DNA of 32,000 bases from Zygophlyctis sp. KS116 (Eukaryota > Fungi > Chytridiomycota), in the NCBI GenBank assembly GCA_054661495.1, contig BAAFSQ010000051.1, positions 20,521-52,520 on the forward strand. The letters are read 5' to 3'. A program made the translations under genes and the position numbers. The notes beneath the pieces were generated by a model that ran no database searches, was not told the DNA's origin, and was given only the letters and a program-made list of their open reading frames with translations. Of this stretch, positions 14,893-26,543 are shown one piece after another (the first letter of the stretch is position 1; every line of letters starts with the position of its first letter).

Positions 14893-15778
14893 TCATATTT
14901 GATATGCCTTTTCGAATTCCGGCTTTGGAAATCCAGAAACTGATCCATCAGACCAAGGACCAGAATCAGAATTAAGACATCCATTAATACAATTACATTT
15001 ACCCCCATAAGTTTCTGGAAGATTTTCTGCATCAATAAACTTTAAAAGTTCTTTTTTATAGTCTGATCCCAAAATAGTAATCTTGTTATATGTAACTTCA
15101 TCCATCAATGGAGTTAATAGATACCAGACACTAGTAAAAAGCATTGGTGCATTAATGATAAACATTTTACCCAATATTTCTGGATAATAATTCTAGTTTT
15201 TTAATCTTTTTTAAAAAAATTACTTGAGCAATCACTGATACTTTTTTAATAGTATTAAATACGCTTGGGAAATCTGATAATGCAACTCCTTGTAAGTCGA
15301 AAATTGAACATGTTTGCTCGATATACACATTTGCAGAAGCCGAACAGGCAACAAACCGATATTTTATCAGTTTTTCATACTCGTACACAAATTGTCTGAT
15401 TAAAGAATCAATGTCTATAATTTCCAAGAGTTTCTTGACATTAAGAGAACCTACTTGTTCAAAGTATACTGGACGACCAAACTTGTCCTGTTTATGATAG
15501 AATCTTGGATAAAATTCTTTAACTTGTTTCCATTTAGGAAATATAAAGCTGGAGATTATATCTTCAACTCCAAATTCTAGCGCCCATTTTTCCTTTTCTA
15601 CCCACATCTTTATAGCTTCATTCAAATCAAACTTTCTTGCCCTGAGAAATCTCAATAGACAAGAATCATCATGCATTGATTTATCATATGCATTCTGAGC
15701 ACCAAGTATAATTTTAAACTGATCAAGACAAGATACTTGTTCAGCAGTCAAATGGCCCAGGCGACCAAAAGTTTCCAT
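14893..15778 (-). CDS. SEC14: Sec14 phosphatidylinositol/phosphatidylcholine transfer protein, 2 exons
   Basis: GRLGHLT, LLRFLRARKFD, YPRFYHKQDKFGRPVY. Intron 15193-15223 restores AQNYYPEILGKMFIINAP. Confidence 0.93.
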
Positions 15779-15821
15779 TTTAATTGATTTTATTCTGCTA
15801 TTTTTAGCTACAAGTTTTGGG

Positions 15822-17649
15822 TCAGGTTGAATTTAGCGGCACTCTATGATTTGCATACCTGAGAATGAAATTTAGATTTAATAGCAAAAACTCTGACACC
15901 CCTAAATTCATACCATCAGTAGATATATCTCCTCCTCCTCCAAAACAATTTGCTTTTGCAGAGGAAAGTTGTAAAATTCTTGTCCATAATTTACTGTTAG
16001 CTTGTAGATCAGAACAATGACCATTGGCAAGCTTTGATAAAACTACAGAGACATTATCCATTATTTCTCCATTGTTTGATTCAAGCATCAGACTAAATTC
16101 ACGCAAAAAAGATTGACTAGACTCCAAAAAGTTTATCTGCCAGTCTAAAATCAGCATGATAATATTTACCTCCATCAGATGCCATGTTTAGACATATTCT
16201 GCTTAAAATGAGTAAACAGGATTGGTTAATAACTGCGAATTTTATGACAATTTCTAATCCTCCCATTTGCAAAAATGTCATTTTTTTCTATAATTAATTT
16301 ACAAAGAGAGTTTACAGTATCTTCAGAAATATCAGAAAGTATTAATTCAAGAGTATTATAGATGATTGAGTCATCATTAGATCCCATTAGAATTATAAGG
16401 TTAAAGTAAAGACTACCCTTTTTATCTAATGACTCATATCTAAAAGTATATGCTTGATGGGCCAATGCAGATTTCTAAATTTTAAGTTATATAACCTACC
16501 TGTCCTACTGATAAAGGACTATTTTTCATGAATAAAACTACATAATTTAAAAATCCATTCAAAACATTATTCCTTAGTTCAGAATCCATTTCAACTTTAC
16601 AAAACTGAATGATACGTTCAAAAACATGATAAATGTTTTCAAATCTATCAATAGAAAATTTAAAATTTGGAGTTGCTAATCCCATAACATCTCCTAAAAT
16701 CTTAAAAAGTGGTCTAGAGTATTTCTAAAATTTTAAAGAAGAATACATACTTCACTAAAACCTTCATCATTCCAAGTTTCAGGTTGTTGAACTAAATCTT
16801 CAACCCCTATAGTTTGCGTTCCAATTACAGCCTTGATCCTTTTCTTTTTTGGTTTTTCACATTGTACAATATTTTGTGTTTTTAAAGCTAAAACACTATC
16901 TCGAAGTCTTTCATTCCTGTCACGTAACTTGCATCAAACTAATTAATCTTACTTGTTTGATTTGCTGTTCATAACTTTCAATCTTGTCTTGAAATTCTTT
17001 TGAATTTTCAGCGTATAATTGATTCTTTCTACTTAATTTTAAAAATTACCTTTTCTCTTAAATTTTTGCTTGTACTGATAGCATCCTTTAATAGAAATTG
17101 CAGTCTTTTATTTTCTTTTGATAGATATTCTACTTCCATTTGTAATTCTTGTCTGATCCCATCGTATTCCTGTACTTTAAGTTTATGACCTAAACCTACA
17201 CTCTTCATGTTATTTGTAATCTTTGTCAATTGAATGTCTATTTTCTTATCCATTTCAGTCTGAAATTTGAATTCGAGATCTAAAATCTTTTTTTCTTTTA
17301 AATAAAACTCTTTTTCCTTTTTCTTTAGAGCTTGAGATTTGTTCTATAATTATTTTTTCTTAATTTACTTTTAGTATTATTGATAAATTGGATAATTCAG
17401 TCTGAATTTTCAATAAATAAAGTTTTTGATTCTCAATTTGTGTATTTTTGAATGTATTGTCGTATAATTCAGACTCCTGTACTAATAATTAGATTAAAAG
17501 TATATTATACGTGATAGTTCCATTGAATGGTCGATTAAAGACGATACATTTACCGCATCAGCGCCCTTTTCCCATTATAAATTGTGTTTTACCTTTAGAG
17601 AGCCATTAGATGAAATTTGGGAATTTATAGATATCAAATCATTCATCAT
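15822..17649 (-). CDS. CCDC138-like coiled-coil/helical-repeat protein, about 10 exons
   Basis: Nine mini-introns join the scattered small ORFs into one frame. Coiled coil contains LSKENKRLQ. C-terminus KMTFLQMGG...FLESSQSFLREFSLML...VSVVLSKLA...EFLLLNLNFIL resembles the CCDC138 C-terminus as recalled. Confidence 0.6.
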
Positions 17650-17772
17650 TGATGTATATAGGAATTATTAAAACGTAGTTTACTTGTGGACTGTACAAAC
17701 GGAAAAATCAAAAGATGAAACGATTACGTCAGACCGGGTGGGAAAGCCAACATCTGTCCCACTCTTTTAAAA

Positions 17773-20179
17773 ATGTTAGTAATTCATGATGATTGGAGAT
17801 CAAACTCATTCTCATTTACAATGGATAAGAGAATGGCAGTTTCAATCTTGACGATATTATATACTTTAATTTTTCTACCGGGAATCCTTTTATTTATAAG
17901 TGTCAGAAAAAACCACTATATAAATGGAAAACCAGTTAAACTTATTGTATTACAGTCTTTAGGGGCTTTTGTTTTGGGAATCTATCAATTTTATGGTATA
18001 TAGTGTAATTGGTAACTTTAGATTATGGATCCCGGTATTCAATATGTGCAGCTCAATTATGGGTCTTTCACTTTGCGTATATAATTTTGACTAATTTTAA
18101 GAGCTCTTTTTTACTTTACTCCAGTGATCTTTAGTAGTATTCGAGCTTTTTATCTTACTAGAATGGGTACAGAGGTATTAAGAGGATATGCTCAAGAAGA
18201 AACTAAATTGTTTTCTTCAGTTATTGGGAAAATGATTTATCATTCTTTAAATTCAGTTTATTTTAGAAAAAAGATTAAATATCCAGATGTAAAGAAATTG
18301 GAATTTCCTTTTTGGATGTCAGTTAATCTACGGAAATATCAGATCATAACTAGAATGGATGATTTATTTTTTATAATTACTTTGATATTGACAGCTGCTA
18401 TGCTTTGTGTAGCAGGAATCATTCAGGGTGTTGGGGTCTCGCATAGAGCTTATCCAATCCTTGATATAAATAATTGTGTTTCTGGACAGGATATCTATTT
18501 TGTTTATTCAGTTATTATTTTCATTATCTTGGTTCTTACTCCAATCGCTATAATTTCGGTTAGAAACGTTAAAGAAAATTACGGACTGGTTTCAGAAGCA
18601 ATTAATATTGGGGCCTTAAATATCTGGTTCATTGGCATGTATGTTGTTTGGATTGCTATTATTTATCCACAATATCCTCAAATTTATGTATGCATTATTG
18701 TAATTAAGAAATAGGAGAGATTCCCTGCTCAAGGCTGGATTATTATAATGACTTTGTTCACTTTTACGATTAGTGTGCTTTTGCCTATTAAAACTTCGTA
18801 CTCAAGATCAAATATCTTATTTTACAATCGTGAAAACTTTAACAAAATGCTAACGACTCAACCAGAAGACTGGGACAAGTTTGAGGATGCTGTGATTGCA
18901 GATTTTAAATTTCCTCTACTTATTTTCGAATTGCATATTCAAGAATTACTAGAGCAAATTTATAATACATCAGTTCAAAATAATGTCTTGTCGGATAACT
19001 TTGTAAAGGGACAGAACTACATCAAGTACTCTGAAATAATCAGAATTTACTTTTGTTTAGATTCTCCATTCTGTGTAAGATTCAATTTTTTAATGCTCAC
19101 AGCTTCCACTTACCAATTCTTGGCTGGATGAGATTCAACAAAAGTTGGTAAGCACAAAGATTACGGTGGGCATTTTCGATGAAACTAGAAATTATGTGAA
19201 TGATTCATTATTTGTGAATACATATTGTAGAGTCTTGCAGTTCCGTACAGTACAAGAAGAATCAATTCGGTCAATGTTCTGGCCAAGTAACCCACAATTT
19301 TTACTGTATCGCTATTTCTCTCGTGGATCAAAGGAATCTAAAGGATCAAAAGTATCAAGTTCTCAGAAAGATAGTAAACTTCCAAGTATTCCTACATTGG
19401 ATCCAATTAAAACTGCAAATGAAGATGTTGAAAGTCCTGCTGACAATTTCAAATTTAACTCTAGAACCATCTCATCAATTTATTCACCATATTTGGAACA
19501 AGAATCGGAATTGCCATCTGCCGTTACGACTCATAGAATGTCATCACTTGATGATGATAATAGTCAGCAGATTGCGTTCTCTAAACGTCATAGCGTCTAC
19601 CCAATGCAAAAAAGAAAGAATGATAGTTTATTTCAAACAGATTCCCTAATGGTAGAAGGCACGAATCAAAATTCTTCCCAATCCTCGCCTATTGAAGAAA
19701 ATGAAGATGATAAAGACTTTCAGCCATTGTCCGAAGTTCGAGACTCTATGGAAATTCATCATCGTACGATGAAAGAAGACGAATCAGTCCAACCTACGCA
19801 TATGATGGATCGTAAATCTTTCACTGCTATTAATATTGAGAATGATGAATCAAAACAAGTTAATTCATTGATCAAAAAGTATCAGACTGACTCTTATGCA
19901 AGTGAAACACGGGATTCATTAGGCGGACAAAATAGTATTTACTCTGATGTTTCTGGATCAGTTGATCCTTCAAGATCTATTACCAGCTACTATCGTGAAT
20001 CTTATGTCACAAGTATGGCAGAAAGTGACTTAACCTCTCCGGTTGTCACTCCGACAGAACTGCAACCTACTTCACCCAACCCAGCGTCATCTGGTGCCAA
20101 TCGTTCTAAAATCAGTGAAAGTAAATTGTCATCAGGCACTCGCCCCTATTTTGTGATTGAAGAAGGAGAAGGCAATTAA
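17773..20179 (+). CDS. 7TM receptor-like protein fused to an RGS-like domain with a long disordered tail, 5 exons (start 17773 or 17821)
   Basis: Four mini-introns join the ORFs. Seven hydrophobic helices, then an RGS-like segment FNKML...WDKFEDAVIADF...IIRIYFCLDSPFCLPL...GIFDETRNYVNDSLFVNTYCR. Confidence 0.75.
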
Positions 20180-20488
20180 TAAATATATTTCAAGATTCAT
20201 TTAATGTAGTGAGGCCTACTATCGAACGAGTGCCATAAATCGGCAAGTGTTAGCGAAATCTCACATTTATATTGGTTTTAATCTTAGCTTCTAATCATTG
20301 ATGAGAAATCGCTGAAAAAAAAACCTTTTCAATCCTTGACCTCGACTTCATTTTTTTTTCCAAACGCCACACAACGCCACATTCCAGGAAAAACGCCGTT
20401 TGATCGTCGACTCCTAAAAATGTGTGACATGTTTGAAACGTCTCATTTAAAGTGAGACATGTAATAGTTTCAAATAGTAAAAAATTTA

Positions 20489-20701
20489 ATGACAAACAAT
20501 AATATCCCTGCCAGATCTAATTCTATCGGACAGAGCACACCTATAAAAATATACTATCCTTTAATCAAACCTCATCAAATCGCAACGTACATTATTAGGG
20601 GCGAATATTTAAAAGCAGCAGTTTTGAGAAACTGGGAACTGACTCAATCTAATACTAAATCTAATACTAGCTCCAACACTAAAAAATCTTTCAAGTGTTA
20701 G
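20489..20701 (+). CDS. Small ORF (70 aa) ending 14 nt before the CLU1 ATG; microprotein or uORF
   Basis: ATG-TAG ORF with a hydrophobic/aromatic core (PHQIATYIIRGEYLKAAVLRNW). No family recognised. Confidence 0.4.
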   Translation: MTNNNIPARSNSIGQSTPIKIYYPLIKPHQIATYIIRGEYLKAAVLRNWELTQSNTKSNTSSNTKKSFKC

Positions 20702-20715
20702 GTGAAGAAATAAAA

Positions 20716-23700
20716 ATGGCGGAAGCTAATTCTGATCTAAAGAATCTAGCTTTAAAAATTGATTTTCCTGAGAATCATACACTGAATCTGATTGTTCATC
20801 CTAATGCAACATTTCAAGATGTTAAAATCAGTGTATCGGATTCAAGTGATTCTCTTTCATACACTTGCTTTGATTTGAAATTTGATGGAAAAGTTTGTGA
20901 TCCAAAGGATGAGCTGAAATCGATTCAAGGACTAGTCGATGGGCTTTCACTACAATTGGTTCCAAAACTCTATAATGAGCATGAGATCAGAGTTCATTTG
21001 TCTCGTTTTAGAGAAATTATGACGTTTTTTGAAACGCCCAGTCAAATGCATGGTTATGGAGCTAGTAAAACCATTTTTCCAGAAATTAAGGAATCAGATG
21101 TTTTGTCTTTTGAAAAATTTGAAAAATCTCTCAAGATTACTGATCTCTACAATTATAAGCCGACGCTGGTAGAAATTCAATTATTGAAAAGTTTGGAAAT
21201 GTCTGGTTGGAATCCGCCATCTTTTTCACGAAAAATGATGGGTGACTTGCTATATTTGAAAATTTTTACTCTAGAATCTCAAGTTTTTGAAGTTACAGCG
21301 TCATCAAAGGGATTTTTCGTAAATAGTTCTACAGATGGAAAGTTTGGTAGTCAAGGTGTTGGAGAAATTTATAACACTTTACCCGCATTGTTATCTGAAA
21401 TTAGTCCAATCTTTAAGGAGCAATATCCGATTTTGCATTCGGCACTTTTAAAAAGAGAGCCTTATGAATTTTTAATGGCACCTTATCCTGTATATCCATG
21501 GTTAGTTCCTGGAAATACATTGGATTACGATTTTGATCACGGAAGAACTTTAGATTCTTTATTGATGGCTTCAGATGTGCTTGATACTCTGGCTTGTAGA
21601 GACTGGAATGAAGAATTGCAATCTGCACGTGAATTACCAAAAGGGACTGTTCATGAATGTGTTCTACGAGATCAAGCCATTTCAAAGGCACATTCTGATT
21701 TTGTTGAAGCAGCTGTTAGAGGAGCTATTGGGATTGTTCATGAAAGTATTCCCCCTATAGAATCTTCTGATTCAGTTTATATTCATAATAATTTGTTCTT
21801 TTCTCAGATCAATGATCATTTGGAACATTTTGAAAAATATGGAGGATTTGAAGCCGCTCATGTAGGTCTTGGGAAGGATATTGATGGAATTAAGCTCGTG
21901 TCTTCACTTGATCATGCTGGAATTTCTACTGTTGCAGCAGCAGTAATTGATTATAAAGGTATCCGTACAATAGCACAGACAATTGTTCCTGGATTAATAA
22001 AGAAAAATAGCTGTGGAGAGACATCAGTAATATATGGTTGCTCGGGCGCAGATAAGACTTTCACAATTGATCAAGATTTCCAAGAAGAATTGAAAAAAGT
22101 TCAGGCAAATTTGAATTTGGAGGAACATAGTGTATACACTAATGAAGATGGATTGCAATGCTCTATAATCACATCAGTAGACTCCAAAGGCGTTGTCGGC
22201 TCAGACTCAAGAAAATATTTATTGGACTTATATAGAATGACTCCATTAGATATTCAATTCATAGAAAACATTAGGCAAGATACATTGGGAGAATATCCTC
22301 ACGAACTACTATTCCTTCGGCCTGAGTTGTTAGAGGTTTACAAGGATACAAAGATCCGGGAATTGCTACGCAAGCATAAGGTATTTTTTACATTTTGATG
22401 AGTTTAGGATCATCTGGAAAGCAAGGATGTAAAAGATATCGAAATGGATATAATCAAAGATATTCCTCAGATGACATTCAATGTAGACGCCTTTACAAAG
22501 AATTCCGCTGACGAATCTGGAAATGAAAACGTTCGTCAATTATCAATTTTCCTCAACGAAATCGTTTTGAGCCAGCTGGTACTATACTTTAATTAATTTA
22601 AACTAGATCATTGAACTTGCAAATATGCCTACAAATATCCCAATAGACGGAGCTCAGTTAACAGCCACTTTGCATAATAATGGCGTTAATATGCGATATT
22701 TGGGGAAAATAGCAAAACTCACAGAGGAAACTTTTACATTTATTCCAGATGTTAAATCACTGAATTATCTTAAACTGATTTGTGAAGAAGAAATGGTAGC
22801 TAGAGCATGTAAGCATATACTACGAAAACTGATGGCTTCTCTACCAATCATTTCTATTTCTGCCTGCATTTCACATTTTCTAAATTGTCTATTTTCAGAT
22901 GGAATCAAGGAGATCAGTAATGAAATGGCTGATTTATCATTGAAGGTAATTAAATATTTTCTTAGTTTAGGAGGCCGGCTTCAATTGTTTCGAACAATTG
23001 AATTCAAAAAGTTTAAAGGATCAGATTATTGCAGAGGTCCAAAAAAGATTTAGATACGAAATATCTGAACAAAACTTATGTTCATCTCCGCTTTCATTAT
23101 TAAGGTCAATTTGCATTAAAGTTGGTATCCAGTTAATGGTTAAGGACTACGATTTTTCTTCTGAACAAGTATTTGATACTGCAGATATTGTGAATATATA
23201 TCCAGTTGTGAAACATTCGGAACCTCGATTGAATATCGCTGATCAAATCTTTCAACACGGTGCTGAATTATTCCGTAAAGGCACTAGTGCGATTGCCGAG
23301 GAGAATGCTTCTACAGAGGAAACCAAACTTACACATGAAGCCGATATGAAGCAGGGACTTGAACTGATGAAAGAAGCCGTTACAATTTTGGAGCAAGTTC
23401 GAGGTCCTATCCATCACCATACAGCTCGTGCTTTATCTCAGCTTTCTATATTTCTTGGAAAGACGATTAATTTGGAAGATGCTATATTTTACCAAAAGAA
23501 GGCGGTTATTGCATATGAAAGATGTTTTGGAATTGATGACCCTGGAACTATTCAACAATATGTATGACGTTTAATTTTATCTAAAATCATAGATGAATAT
23601 GGCACAATTACAGATGAGCTGTGGGAAAGTAGTGTATGGGGTAGAGCTTGGACATCATGCCCTAGCCTTTGGCTTAATCTTGGCAGCAAACCGTCAACAT

Positions 23701-24102
23701 TTAGATTTTGCAGTTCACATGGTAATTTTTGTTATTAAATTAAATCTAGACCAATCTTGGAACCATGTGTCAAAAAATCCCCAATATGCCTCTTGGAAAT
23801 GAATTTTTATCTCTAGCACTTTCCAAAGTTGAAGATATATTCGGACCTGATCATCCAATGACTGTGTCAAGCGTTGAAAATCTAATTCGAGGACTTTATT
23901 TGAGCTCTGAATTCCGAATTGCTCTTAAATTAGCAAAAAGAGTCTTTATAGTCAATGAAAAACGTTTTGGTGAAAAAGATACTCGATCTATTGAATCTAG
24001 AAATGTACTACATTCATTAACATCTAGAGCAGTTGAACAGGTAATTAAATTTTTTCTAAATTTCAAAAGGCACGTCATGATAAACTGAAAGCCAATAACT
24101 AA
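20716..24102 (+). CDS. CLU1: Clustered mitochondria protein Clu1/TIF31 (CLU domain, TPRs), 7 exons
   Basis: SGWNPP...GDLLYL, RDWNEELQSARELP, IDYKGIR..AQTIVPG, KGVVGSDSRKYLLDLYRMTP, LH..GVNMRYLGK, C-terminal TPRs. Six mini-introns; the last (24041-24069) gives a stop at 24100-24102. Confidence 0.93.
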
Positions 24103-24104
24103 AA

Positions 24105-24692
24105 TTATAATTTTTTTTGAATCAATTTAATTGTTCCAAGTGATCCTGAAACCAATCCAGACAAATTTTGCCAACCAGGACTTGGATCCAATTTAAAAAC
24201 ATCAATTGAACAAAATATTAAATCAGCAAATAATTTTACCATTGAAATTTTCTTTAAATTATTAGAGTCTTCCTTTATCTTTTGTGAAAGATTGAAAATA
24301 TCTATAATGATTGTGATAAACCACGATCTATCTGATATTGGTGTAGCAAACCTTATCCATTTTGAGTCTATCAAGTTTAATTTCCCAAGACAGATAACAT
24401 CATCTGCCACATCTGATACTAGAGATGCGATATTATTTACAGTATTTAAATCTAATTTTTCGAGACTTTGACTCTTAATTTCCAAGAGTGGATCTAATCC
24501 ATTAGCCAAACGAACCATTTTCCTAGTCATTGACAATGTAGCAATTAATTCTGTCCGATTCTTTGAATTCCTAATCCAATTATCAACTTTTAGAGAGTAT
24601 TGCACAACTTTAAATAATTTATCACGTCCATCAGCTGTCGACAGAATCTGTTTAATAATAATCAAGAAGAAAACTGGTGATTTTGGCATCAT
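24105..24692 (-). CDS. PEX11: Peroxisomal biogenesis factor Pex11 family
   Basis: LSTADGRDKLFKVVQY, LSMTRKMVRL, and C-terminal GLVSGSLG. Confidence 0.85.
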   Translation of the reverse strand: MMPKSPVFFLIIIKQILSTADGRDKLFKVVQYSLKVDNWIRNSKNRTELIATLSMTRKMVRLANGLDPLLEIKSQSLEKLDLNTVNNIASLVSDVADDVICLGKLNLIDSKWIRFATPISDRSWFITIIIDIFNLSQKIKEDSNNLKKISMVKLFADLIFCSIDVFKLDPSPGWQNLSGLVSGSLGTIKLIQKKL

Positions 24693-24723
24693 ACGTAATT
24701 AAGATTTCTGACAAGAGTTAACT

Positions 24724-24851
24724 GTTAACAGGTTTAACAGGTGTAGAGGTTTAACAAATGTGGAGGTTTAACAGGAGGGTCAAAGAGAGGGTGAATGCGA
24801 GGGTGAAAGAGAGGGTCAAAGAGAGGGTGAATGAGAGGGTCAAGAGAGGGC
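24724..24851. repeat. GTT(T)AACA x4 followed by a 12-bp minisatellite GAGGGT(C/G)AANGN x7
   Basis: GAGGG units start at 24775, 24787, 24799, 24811, 24823, 24835 and 24846. Confidence 0.85.
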
Positions 24852-24879
24852 ACGGGCATTAATAGATTGAAAAAAGTGA

Positions 24880-25248
24880 ATGAATATTTCAAGTATTTGT
24901 CCTCCAACTCCGACTCCAACTCCAGATCCTTTCAAGAAATCTGAAAGATCTGAAAAGAAAATCAAGAAAAAGTCTGAAAAGTCATGGACCTCTTGGTCTA
25001 GATCTACTCCTTATTTGGCTACTCTTTTAGATCAAGAGTGGATCTCTTATGATAATTCACCTTTTGAACCTGATACCACAAAGATGGATGTATTATCTGC
25101 ACTATGTTGTTCATTGTTGGATAAATCTGTTGTTGATCCCATGAATTTAGAAAATGTTAAATTGCCTTGTATTGATCCTTGGTTATACTCTGTCAAAGTA
25201 GAACCTCCTAAAAATAAATGGATGAAAGTCTCTTCTATTTTAGAATAA
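24880..25248 (+). CDS. Hypothetical protein, 122 aa (Pro/Thr-rich and Lys-rich N-terminus)
   Basis: Intact ORF ending 25 nt before ERG24. No family recognised. Confidence 0.55.
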   Translation: MNISSICPPTPTPTPDPFKKSERSEKKIKKKSEKSWTSWSRSTPYLATLLDQEWISYDNSPFEPDTTKMDVLSALCCSLLDKSVVDPMNLENVKLPCIDPWLYSVKVEPPKNKWMKVSSILE

Positions 25249-25273
25249 TTCTGAATAAAAAGTTTTTATATTA

Positions 25274-26515
25274 ATGAAAAATCCAGTCACTAAACACTTT
25301 GAATTTGGTGGTCCGATTGGATCAGTTTTTATGATTTTGAGTTTACCAATGACTGTATTGGGACTGTATTCTACTTGTAATGAGAATGGATGTCCAACAT
25401 TGGGATTTTCTACTGATCCGCTTTCTATTTTGGGCATTTTAGCGCCGTTTGGTTGGTTTTTATGGCAATTGTTTTTGTATTTAATTATTCCTGGTCAGAT
25501 TGTACAGGGGACTCTATTAAGAGATGGAACGACAAAGGATTATAAGATTAATGCGTGGTATTGTTTTCTCGTAACAATTATGACTGCTGGAATAGTAACT
25601 GTACAATTTGGTCTCAGTCCTTGGATTTGGATTGCACAAGAGTATTTTTCATTGGCAATTGGATCAATGATTTTAGCTACAATATTAGCAATTTTAGTAT
25701 ATGCAGGTTCTTTTAGATCTAAAAAAGTATTATTATCAGAAATGGGGAATTCAGGGTATTTAGCGTATGATTTTTGGATGGGAAGAGAGTTAAATCCTAC
25801 TTGGACTTTGAAAATTGATTTAAAATACTTTTGTGAATTAAGGCCAGGTCTAATTGGATGGTTAATATTGAATTTAGCATTGGTGTCTAAACAATTTAAT
25901 ACTTTTGGATCAGTATCAATGTCAATGGTTTTAGTGGTGGTCTTTCAAGGTTATTATGTAATGGATGCATTGTTGAATGAACGTGCTATATTAACAACAA
26001 TGGATATTACAACTGATGGGTTTGGATATATGCTTGCTTTTGGAGATTTAGTTTGGGTTCCGTTTACTTATTCTCTTCAAGCAAGATATTTGACTCTTTT
26101 TCCTATTGAATTATCAAACTCTTGGATTTTAAGTATAATTCTACTAAAATTGATTGGTCTTTGGATTTTTAGAAGCTCAAATTCTCAAAAGAATGCTTTT
26201 AGAACTGATCCTAATCAGTCTTCAGTAGCACATTTGAAATATATGGAGACAGAGGCAGGATCTAAATTGTTAATAAGTGGTTGGTGGGGAATGGCAAGGC
26301 ATATAAACTATACAGGTGATTGGCTTATGGGTCTCAGTTGGTGTTTACCGTGTGGATTTAATCATCCTTTACCATACTTTTACGCAATATATTTTGCAAT
26401 ACTTTTGATACATAGAGCTCAAAGAGATGAAGCCAAGTGTTTGAAAAAGTATAAAAAGGATTGGGTGAAATATTGTCAATTGGTGCCTTACCAACTAATT
26501 CCAGGATTAATTTGA
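25274..26515 (+). CDS. ERG24: Delta(14)-sterol reductase, intronless
   Basis: HFEFGGPIG, YDFWMGRELNP, ELRPGLIGW, TTMDITTDGFGYMLAFGDLVWVPFTYSLQARYL, LLISGWWGMARHINYTGDW, HRAQRDEAKC. Confidence 0.96.
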   Translation: MKNPVTKHFEFGGPIGSVFMILSLPMTVLGLYSTCNENGCPTLGFSTDPLSILGILAPFGWFLWQLFLYLIIPGQIVQGTLLRDGTTKDYKINAWYCFLVTIMTAGIVTVQFGLSPWIWIAQEYFSLAIGSMILATILAILVYAGSFRSKKVLLSEMGNSGYLAYDFWMGRELNPTWTLKIDLKYFCELRPGLIGWLILNLALVSKQFNTFGSVSMSMVLVVVFQGYYVMDALLNERAILTTMDITTDGFGYMLAFGDLVWVPFTYSLQARYLTLFPIELSNSWILSIILLKLIGLWIFRSSNSQKNAFRTDPNQSSVAHLKYMETEAGSKLLISGWWGMARHINYTGDWLMGLSWCLPCGFNHPLPYFYAIYFAILLIHRAQRDEAKCLKKYKKDWVKYCQLVPYQLIPGLI

Positions 26516-26543
26516 AAAAAAATACAAGAATAAGTACTGGAAA

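Noticed and set aside
20298-20315. TGATGA...CTGA resembling box C/D
   Set aside because: Boxes are only 7 nt apart, with no guide region or terminal stem evident.
24734-24919. 61-aa minus ORF with PLFDP/PLIHP repeats
   Set aside because: Likely a by-product of the 12-bp minisatellite; non-ATG start and overlaps the 24880 ORF.
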